A model generated the notes under the pieces. That model saw only the letters and a list, made by a program, of their open reading frames with translations. It searched no databases and was not told the origin of the DNA. From Epiperipatus broadwayi (lineage: Eukaryota > Animalia > Onychophora): a stretch of DNA of 64,000 nt. The position numbers and the translations under genes were made by a program. The stretch covers positions 10,540,001-10,604,000 of the forward strand of contig JAQFVV010000005.1 in the NCBI GenBank assembly GCA_028023455.1, read 5' to 3'. Shown in pieces: positions 54,687-64,000 of this stretch (position 1 is the first letter of the stretch; every line of letters begins with the position of its first letter).

Positions 54687-55467
54687 CTATATGAAAAAAA
54701 AACTTTCCAAAATTAATAAATATGCTATAGAAAAGAAAAAAGTTCAAAGCTGAGTAAATTTGATACCTTAAAATTATCTCCATTTTTTGTATTTTATCTA
54801 CAACATCTGACTGTAGATTAGAATTTCTGGAGTTTGGATATAAAAGTAGGATGACATTTTCACATATTGAGTTGATATTGTACTTTTGCAAACAAATATA
54901 GTAGTCTCACATAAACGGTATAGCTATTCAAATTCTAAAGGGGGAAACAATAAAAACCTGCTCTAGAAATATTTTATAATTATGTAAATCAATTTGTAAA
55001 ACACAATGTATCCACATATAAAGCATTCTATTTTATTTTTGTGTTTGAATTTTTGTGATGCTGTCTTTTAATTTTTTCAGCAGAAAACATTTACAAAATA
55101 CTTCAACACCATGTCTAATTATAGTTTTCCAATGTATTATTATTTGCCATATCTTCCTAATATAAACAATGCACTTTAAAATATCTTTCAGATAATCCTT
55201 ATAATCAAGATGGGGTCTACCTCTCCTATAAAACCAAGCTCAAGTTCATTATAAATCACTCTTTTAAGAAGTCTTTCATTATTCATGTCCAATACAATGG
55301 TGTAATTGTATAATAGTGAAATACCATAGTATCACACTGAGCAGTTTGAAAAACATTAATTGCCTTTATGATCTTGAAATATATTTAAAATGTCACTGAG
55401 CATTTTTAAATGAAAGTTTTATAATGCTTTCAATAGAAAATCTATTTCACTTGAAATATATCTATAT

Positions 55468-55907
55468 ATGATCACTAGATGGAGTTTACCAATCAGCTCC
55501 AAACAAGCTTTGTTTATATAAATGCCGAAAGAGATAGAATTCAAATCTCTATCATTGTCACCCACCTCCATGACAGCTGGTTTCAAGCTTATTGGCTTAC
55601 ATCAGTGAAGGGCTGGGAGTAGAATTCAAAATCTATTGTTGTCACCCACCTCCAGAACATCTGGTTTCGAGCTTATTGGCTCACATCAGGGAAGGACTGG
55701 GAGTAGAATTCAAAATCTCTATTGTGTCACCCACCCCCAGAACAGCTGGTTTTGAGCTTATTGGCTCACATCAGTGAGCCAATAAGCTCAAAACCAGCTG
55801 TTCTGGAGGTGGGTGACAATGATAGAGATTTTGAATTCTATCTCTTTCAGCATTTATGTAAACAAAGCTTGTTTGGAGCTGATTGGTAAACTCCATCTAG
55901 TGATCAT
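55468..55907. repeat. 440-bp foldback containing three tandem ~85-nt hammerhead-like units (family 2)
   Basis: The ~135-bp inverted arms start ATGATCACTAGATGGAG. Units start at 55535, 55620 and 55704. The hairpin apex CATCAG (55769-55774) is the reverse complement of CTGATG. Confidence 0.85.
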
Positions 55908-55962
55908 AAAATGCAAGCTTAAAGGCAAGTTATGAAATTTATAACTTTTTATGTAAATAAAG

Positions 55963-56805
55963 ATTTACACCACTAAACATCACATGTTCACCATTTCCTA
56001 TGCTTGTTCAAGTTGTTAAAACAGGCAAAACTCTTCATATAGTAATGCCACTCAGTGCAAGCCAGAGTAATCAAAAGATGCAAGAAGGCTTGTACATAAA
56101 ATCCCTACATAGTGCCTACTCATCCAATATCACCAGACTAGTTTCTACTTGTGGCTTTCATCATTGACGAGCCTTGGATCTGAGAGCACTGAACCTAGAT
56201 CTTGGAATCTAATGCAACCTTTCAGCAGTCGCCTTTTACCTTTTTAGTTAACTACAAAACTACGAGTCTAAAATTGAAAACTCAAACCTTCTTGCATCCA
56301 TTGATTACTCTGGCTTGCACAGAGTTGCACTACTGTATGAAGAGTTTTGCTTGTTTTAACAGCTTGAGCTAAGAAATGGCCATCATGTGATATTTAGAGG
56401 TTTAATACCAATCCTGCCTAAGAAGATAGCGATGGCTATGGTTATTAAAGACCAAAGATACCAAAATGTATGGGTACTGAACTGAGTTCAGATCTATATG
56501 ACTATATAAGCTAATTAACTTGGATTGAAAATATTGTTTTCAATTTTTAGACTCATAGTTTTATAGTTAACTAAAGGGGTAAAAGGTGGCTGCTGGAGGG
56601 TTGCATTAGATTCCAAGATCTAGGTGCAGTACTCCCAGATCCAAGGCTTCTCACTGATGAAATTCACAAGCTAGACACTAGTCTGGTGATATTGGATGAG
56701 TAGGTACTAGATAGAGATTTTATGCACAAACCTTCTTGCATCCATTGATTACTCTGGATTGCAGTGAGTGGCACTACTGTTTGGAGAGTTTTGCCTGTTT
56801 TAAAT
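55963..56805. mobile_element. Hammerhead repeat family 1, locus III (inverted copy plus partial tandem forward copy)
   Basis: Minus copy 55963-56283 with hammerhead at 56122-56179. The forward array starts at 56284, and 'aaaccttcttgcatcc' recurs at 56284 and 56728 (444 nt). Forward hammerhead at 56639-56697. Confidence 0.85.
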
Positions 56806-57369
56806 AAAGTTTTATTACAAAAAATAATTACTGCATAACACTTACATATTTCTTTTAATAATCACTCTAGAAAAATTTACACGAAATTATCAGAGACTGA
56901 GCTTAAAATACTTTTATGCAAATTAATTATATATGTAGAACACAGACCAAAAAGCTGCAGCAGATATAGTAAAGTGTGATGTTCAAAAAGCTTGTTTAAT
57001 TAGATGTAATTATATAATTATTTTTAAGTAATGCAGATATAGATATATTGTTCATTCCAAAAATGTTTTACATTAGATACTGTCTCCTCAAATATTTATT
57101 GCAATCTTTAGTGTTTATATAAATATATGGGATCATAAATAAAGGGGATATTCTGTTTTTATTGTTAAAAGGAGATTGTCTTTTCAACAGTTTGAGATTG
57201 TTATCAATATTGGGATTATCTAAGAGTGAACTGATTTGTAATCATTATATATATATAATATTTCAAATCGATGTCTGTATTTCTTCAAAATAATATACGT
57301 AACTTTATAAATAAATATTTGAAAATACAGTAATTAAAAGTCTATAAAAATTATATGTATAAGTATAAC

Positions 57370-57712
57370 TTAGAAGCGCTTTCACTACCTTGTAGCTTTG
57401 TCAACTATCACATTTAAAATGTCAACCTTCCCATAATTCTGTGATCTTAAGGTTTGCTGCTTGCCGATTAATTAAATTTTGCTTGTATTTATATATTAAC
57501 ATTGCCTCTTTAATATTTCTTTTATTATTATTTCTTTCAGTTTCCAATATTTTTACGTTGTTATAATCAAAGTCAAAACCATATATACATGATTTATTAT
57601 GGTCATAAAAAACAGAAGCTGATAAATTATCACTATTTTTAATATTTTGTTTCGTATTTTGAACCCTTTTAAATAATAATATGTGCTCTTTTGTTACGAG
57701 TATAATAAACAC
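57370..57712 (-). mobile_element. Penelope-like element 3' end (GIY-YIG C-terminus plus hammerhead remnant)
   Basis: The ORF reads FDFDYNNVKILETERNNNKRNIKEAMLIYKYKQNLINRQ. Downstream is GATAG-TTGACAA-A-GCTAC-aag-GTAGT-GAAA-GCGC-TT-CTA (57409-57371). Confidence 0.75.
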
Positions 57713-57849
57713 ATTTTATTAAGTTGTTTTATTTATTTTGTGCAATCATTATGCATATACCTCTAGAATACATAGTAGATAACTATAGTTGATAAGTGAC
57801 CTGAAATTTATAGGAAACAGTTTTTAAAGCAATTAAAAGGTATTTCTAA

Positions 57850-59870
57850 TTAATAGAAGTTTGCCTCAGACAAGTAGTATTGATACATGCTAATGTGAGT
57901 AGGTAGCAAAGATGTTCTGCAAATGATTTTGAAAACTGAAGTGCTGCAGAAGAATTAGCATATCTTGAAGTTCCTCAGAAGTAGCATACTTGGAACAAAC
58001 AAAAGTTGAATACATACTTCAAACTGGTGATGTCTAAATGGGTGTCACATCTATGTTTTAGAAATAAGAAACAAGCACTGAATGAGAAGTATCAACTTCA
58101 TGATATAGCACTGCAAAAATTCACAAGACACTGTGAATTTAGTCTTGATTTGGATGACATGCTACTTGGTCAGTAGTTATAGGAGATGTCTGGCAATAAG
58201 TTATGTTTAAATCTTCTCAGTGAAGTAGCCTTGACATATAAACAGAGAATGAATAAATGTATAGCAAAAGAATTACTCATAGAAAATGCTATAGAAATTT
58301 CAAAATAATAGAGATGTAGCAACTCATAAAATATTAGCTGATGTTCAGACCATGAACTGTCAAAGGTTTACAAAGTCTTTGTATGATATTTTGTGGTGAA
58401 ATGGGCCATTTAAAGAAGGGCTATAAATTCAAAAGTGCTAAATGCCACATATGTAGAAAAATAGGCAAAAACTCGCTATACATATTGCCACACTGCAAGC
58501 TAATCAATGGATGCCAGAAGGTTTGTGCATAAAATCCCATTTAGTACCTACTCATCCAATATTTCCAGACTAGTTTCTGGCTTGTGGTCTTTATCAGTGC
58601 GGAGCCTTGGATCTGAGAACAATATGTATAGTAAGTTTTTGCCTGTTTTAATAACAGTTATAAACAAGGATAAGAAATGATCAGGTGATGTTTATATATA
58701 GGAAAACTTGTCATTTATGTATTTGTTGCACAAAAATTAAACAAAGGGAGTTATGCATGGATTTTAAATCACAGGGAAGAGGAATTAAGAGTAAAATTCA
58801 ATTAAAAACAATAAATGTTGATAATAACAATATTTGTTTAAATATAAAAATTCTTGGAAAAGAAACCAATATGGAAATTGATAGCAGCATGGGGTTGTCC
58901 TTAATTTCATAAAAGAGTGAACAAATTTAATAAAGATGATGAGAAAGAATGTCACTTTATGAAAAGCAGAGGTTATAGCCATATATATGAATGACAATGA
59001 TCTTTGAGGTAAAGTAATGGTTCTACAAGTCTAAAATTAAATTACTGCCTTGTTTATTGTGAAGAAGACCACACTCCAATTCTAAGAAGAAATTGATTTC
59101 TGTCACTTGGACTTTGAATAAAAAGAAAATATACAGTTTATTTATAATGGTATTGCAAATTTCAGGGAGGATACTGGGTGACTAAAAGAAATGGCAACTG
59201 CAAAACATGAATAACCAAATTGTATAGATAGTTAAGTATTGTAATTACTGCCAATCTACTCCTATGATGATTGACAAAATGCTAGTATCTTGGATTAAAG
59301 TCAAAATATCTTGGGGAAAGACTCTATGTGCATTATGGTAGTCTATTTAATGGAAAGATATTCCTGATTCTGATAGTTGCTTTTTCAAAATGGATAGAAT
59401 ATAAAAAGGTCAAGAGAAAAGCATGAAAATTACAGTGAAGGTTTTAAATGAAATTTTTGCATATCATGGTTAACCTGAAATTGTTTCAGATAGTGGAATT
59501 GCTTTCACTTCTATTTTGTTTAGAGGTGTTTTAACAACTAAGGGAATTCACCATATATTGACAACACCATTTCGTCCAGAAACTAATATGACATTTGAAA
59601 CAGATGCTAAAGAAAACTTTGTATATTGATATTAAATAAAGCTATATTGGATCAATATTTTAATCTGTATATGTTGACTAAAAAGACATAAACTGAGATG
59701 TTATGACACCAAAATGTCAAACCCGTCTGTGTGTAGCAATGCCTAATACTAGTGATCAAAACAAATTAACTTGGATGATGAAAGTTATAAAGTTGGGGAT
59801 GCTGTCTAGATAAGCAACATATTAAACAAAAAATGATTACCATAAATAAAATCCATTATTTCACAATAAT
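57850..59870 (+). pseudogene. Decayed Gypsy pol remnant (RT and integrase), interrupted by a family-1 repeat
   Basis: LDDML (~58150), AFSKWIE (59379), PEIVSDSGIAFTS (~59475), GIHHILTTPFRPETN (~59545). The left boundary is uncertain. Confidence 0.7.
58463..58692. mobile_element. Hammerhead repeat family 1, locus IV (inverted copy followed by a forward tail)
   Basis: Minus copy 58463-58620 with hammerhead at 58554-58612 (CTGATAA...GAAAC-TA-GTC). The forward tail 'aatatgtatagtaagtttttgcctgttttaa' starts at 58621. Confidence 0.8.
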
Positions 59871-59937
59871 TAAGAGAAAGTGCAAAGTACAAATGGTAGA
59901 ATGATGAGACACATGAATCATTTGAGAGTTCACTATT

Positions 59938-60171
59938 TTTTGAAGTATTAAATTTCCTTCCATTTCTTATTTGCATTGCTTAATTATATATACTATAATA
60001 CACCATATACTCATTAAATTACACTCTACAATGTAGTTTACCAAATGCTGCTTCTTTATTAGCAGCATTTGGTAAATTGCATTGTAGAATGTAATTTAAG
60101 AAGTATATGGTGTATTATAATATATATAATTAAATAATGCAAATAAGTGGAAGGAAATTTAATACTTCAAA
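59938..60171. repeat. ~234-bp near-perfect foldback
   Basis: Arms of ~112 bp ('ttgaagtattaaatttccttcca...ccaaatgctgct' / 'agcagcatttgg...tggaaggaaatttaatacttcaa') around an 8-nt loop at 60053-60060. Confidence 0.85.
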
Positions 60172-61839
60172 GAAGAAGTTGGCACACTAAGATCAAGACT
60201 AATAAAGAAGCAGTATTTGGTAAATTAAAGGAGTATATGGTGTTTTATAGAGTTCACTATTCAGAATTGTTAAAACTTAGTGTTAGTGTTAATTTAAGAT
60301 TAAATGATACTACTTCAATTAAAGAAGAAAATATGGATATAACTTTAAGTAATGTGAATTACTTCTCTGAGGAAAATGTTTCATGAATGAATTAGAGATT
60401 TTTCTAGAAGTAGATGTATCCTCTTTGAAATAGTCTTTATTGGAAGAAGAAAAAAAATTGAGCAGCAGTATGCTTGAATGCAGTAAAAACCTAAAAGACC
60501 GCAAGATTTCTTTTTGTAAAAAAAAAAAGTCAAATTTTCTAAAGTGAGAGGAGAAGATAAAATGTGTGTAATTTTTAAATAATAGGTGTGCAAATATATA
60601 TTGTAACCTTACAAGAGGAGAGAATAAGTCACACTGGCACCATAATGACTATGGATTTTTATATATCACAAAATATGAATCCTCTTGTAGACAAAATATC
60701 ATATAAATACAAATGCTAAAATCTCAGGTTCTTATTAAAATCTTATCTAAAGTTCTTATTGAAGTCTCAGGTTCTTCTTAAAATTATATATATATAATCA
60801 GTTCTTACTTTATCTATATCTCAGAGTTTATTTATATATTTGATACAATAAAATAATTATTGTATTAAACACTTGAATATTATTAAATGCAATAACTATT
60901 TAAGTTCTTATACATTAAATATTTTATTTTCTTCTTAATTATTCTGTAATCATATATCTTATGTTCTAAAATGAAAAAAAAAAATGTAAATATGAAATAC
61001 TTAAATATCTGATCACATCAGATAAACATATAGCTAGCAAATAAAACATTCATCAAATATTTTTAATTTCTTCTCATATGAATATTTTTTTTCATATAAT
61101 CTATAGACACATCATAATATCTCCATGTATGAACTTGTACCAAGTAATGAAAAATAAAATAATGTAGCAGGTAGAAAGGGTACTTTTATGCTACTCACTA
61201 CATGAAAACTCCAGTTGGCCGAGTGAGGTAAAACTCTAAACTTTTGATTGGTCAAGTACAGAATCTACAGTAAAAATATATTCGTCTTTTAATATTATAT
61301 TCAATTTAGTTTCATTTGTAAAAAGTATATTAATAATTTGTCAGGTTATGTAAATAAACAATAGTTTTTCTAAAAGTAAATTTTTTTTTTAAATAAAAAT
61401 CTTAGCAAATTACAAGTTGATGTAAAGTCATTAATTTCCCTCAATTTACGTTATTATAAAAGTTAAGAATTTTTAAGTAAAATCTTGCCATATTTCTAAA
61501 AATAATTATATTTTCAGCATATTTTACCAAAATACATTATAATATGTAAATAAATGCCAGAAAAGTATTCTAAAACATTAATTTTTGTTAGAAAATCAAA
61601 TAAACAGCTTGGGGCAATCTAAACTTTTAATAGATATCAAAATCGTTGCTATTCACTGGTTTTTTTAAATTTACGTTCGTGTAAAAGTATACAATTTTTT
61701 AATAAAATCTTACTACTTTTGTAAAATAACTATATTTTCAACATATTTTATGAAAATAATTTATAATATGTACGAAAACTAATTTAAAAAAAACACTCTA
61801 AAACATATATTTTTATTTTCAGCTGTCAAAATTATTTAA

Positions 61840-62160
61840 CGGCGTTTTTTTTTTTTTTTTGACCAAATAATCATCAGCCAATCAGCGTTTAGAACGGACG
61901 GCCTCCTCCTTTTGTTAGACGTAAAACGTCACTATTACTGATTTTTTACTTGTAAAATAATTCAAGAGAGGGCAGCATCTTACGGGACATTATTTTTTTA
62001 TCTGGGCATAATTGCTGAGATATTCTTGACTTCGTTTAAGGAGAAGCCACAATACATCACATCACAAAAACTTTCAAACAAGCGTAAAATCATCACCGTA
62101 GCTAAAAAAGTGACCGATTTCGAGCGACCTAAAGCCGTTGACTTGGATTAGCGTCCAGAG
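61840..62160. promoter_or_regulatory. CpG-retaining patch with CCAAT motifs (promoter-like, or a young transposon end)
   Basis: Dense CpGs in an otherwise depleted background, plus 'agccaatcagcg'. Confidence 0.3.
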
Positions 62161-64000
62161 CTCAGATCATTAAGCACACTTGTAATAAGAATATTTCAAC
62201 ATAAAATTTATTTTAAAATAATGCAGGCATTAAACAAATGATAAATAAATTGAATAAGCAAATTTAATGTGACTTTTGAAAATGTATTCTCATATATCAT
62301 AACGTTTGATAAAACTTTATTAAATTAGATTTTCTGAATAAATCGATGTAATAATAGCAACAAAAACATAAACGTATTTAATGAATAATAAAATATTTAT
62401 TTACAAGATAATATTTAATACAATAAAAGATATTTACAAGAAGCATATAACTTTAATAAAACATTATCATAACACATTTGTCTAATTTAAAATAAAATAT
62501 ATTCCCTTCTGAGTAATCTCTATAATTATAATTATGACATTTACATTATTTAAAAAGTTCTCAGATTTTTAATTGATACTATCCATCTAACAATTACGTT
62601 CATGAAATATCACATATATATGGTTATACACAGGCCATTAAAATGATATTAACAACTACAATACCAGTGATGTTTTAAAAATCAGTGTGGACACATAATT
62701 TTAATGACATTACAAAGATAGCTAGATATTATGTGAAAATAATTATATAAGTAAATTTATTGATGCATATGAGGGACAAAGTATTAAAAGTACTCAATAC
62801 TGACAATAAACTAAAATTTCTAAAATCAAATTGTAGTAGAACTAGCAAAAGCAATTGCATAGATGGACATGCGTTAAATGTTTTCACATAATAAAATACC
62901 TACTACTAATCTAGAGCTGCAGGCCAATGGATGATGAGAAATAAATAAATGGGCACCCAGTAACTCGACCTGGAAGTGCCAAAGCAAATAAGCTATACGC
63001 TCTCATGTAGGGGGTTTAACAAATATAATAGCAATGAAATTTATCCATATAAAATTCAGAAATTGATACTTATGTCCAAGCAGCATATCAATTAATAAAT
63101 AAACAAGGCATAAATTTGTTAATAATGAACAAATAACACATATTCATATGTACAATAACACTTACACTTGGTCTAAAAATATACGCAAACTAATACACTA
63201 TAATTGCAAAGCAATATCAAAATTAAGAATTTTAGTGCTGATTTAGTTTGCACTCATGGCTATTTTGAAATGTGAAAACCACCGCTGACACATCCAACTG
63301 AGAAATAACATAAATATTGAATAAAAGTACTTTAAATTCATATTTTAGAAATTACAAGGTAGTAAAAATAATATGCTTTATTTTATTAAAGATTTTTTAA
63401 AAAAATTACCTTTATAAAATATTTAAAATATAATGGTGCAAAATGCTGGTATATGGGGAGGGGTAAGGATGGTTTGGCCGACACAAAATAGTGTCCAAAA
63501 AATGCAGAAGTCTCATCAAACCAAGCTTATAATTTCTTTAGATTTCAAAATGGCCATGAGTACAAACTAAATCAGCACCCAATTTTAATAGCTATTTCAA
63601 CTCGCACACTGATTCCCAAACATACTATTCACACACATATCAAATGTAGAAAAGCTGTTTGTACCCTGTGCATAAAAATTTTATCATATTGCAATAAAAT
63701 TCTGAGAACTCTCAATAATTTATACTTTAAAAACTTCTTACCTGGATATTTTTTCTTACCAAATCTCTTTAAAACATATATATTGTTATAAATATATCTT
63801 TAATGTAGTAGTTAGCCCTCATTGTAAATTAAAAAAAGAAATATATGCTATCTTTAAAAGAATTTTTTTTCCATTAGGAATCTGATGTGTCTATTTGTTT
63901 CACTCCTAGAGTTGTTTTCATTTTAAACTGTTTATTTTTGAAAGTTGTTAAGATCAAAATCTTTTATTCATCTTTAAGTGAAAGATTATATTAAATTTTT

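Noticed and set aside
55535-55790. 85-bp repeats as a CRISPR array
   Set aside because: The whole units repeat with no unique spacers, there are no cas genes, and the context is eukaryotic.

Overview
AT-rich, CpG-depleted eukaryotic DNA, probably from an invertebrate, made mostly of transposons. I found no rRNA, tRNA, CRISPR array or identifiable host gene. The best-supported elements are a full-length Ty3/Gypsy LTR retrotransposon (24873-30162, minus, 5-bp TSD AATAC), a Jockey-like LINE (~30870-35596, minus), an RTE-like LINE with a 12-bp TSD (47108-50223, minus), a non-autonomous hAT with an 8-bp TSD (43657-44847), and remnants of hAT, Merlin, Gypsy and Penelope-like (PLE) elements. The main unexplained signal is non-coding. 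A dispersed family with a ~445-455-nt monomer occurs at four loci and carries seven type I hammerhead ribozyme motifs with a palindromic minimal stem III (GAAAC-TA-GTC). Its stems show compensatory base changes, and every locus has an inverted-plus-forward layout. A second, unrelated ~85-nt tandem hammerhead-like unit forms a 440-bp foldback. Three PLE 3' ends with their own decayed hammerheads are the likely mobilising partners. Together these suggest a retrozyme/PLE system. All ribozyme calls come from reading motifs and pairing by eye. No folding, database search or activity test was run, and every copy has at least one lesion in the catalytic core.
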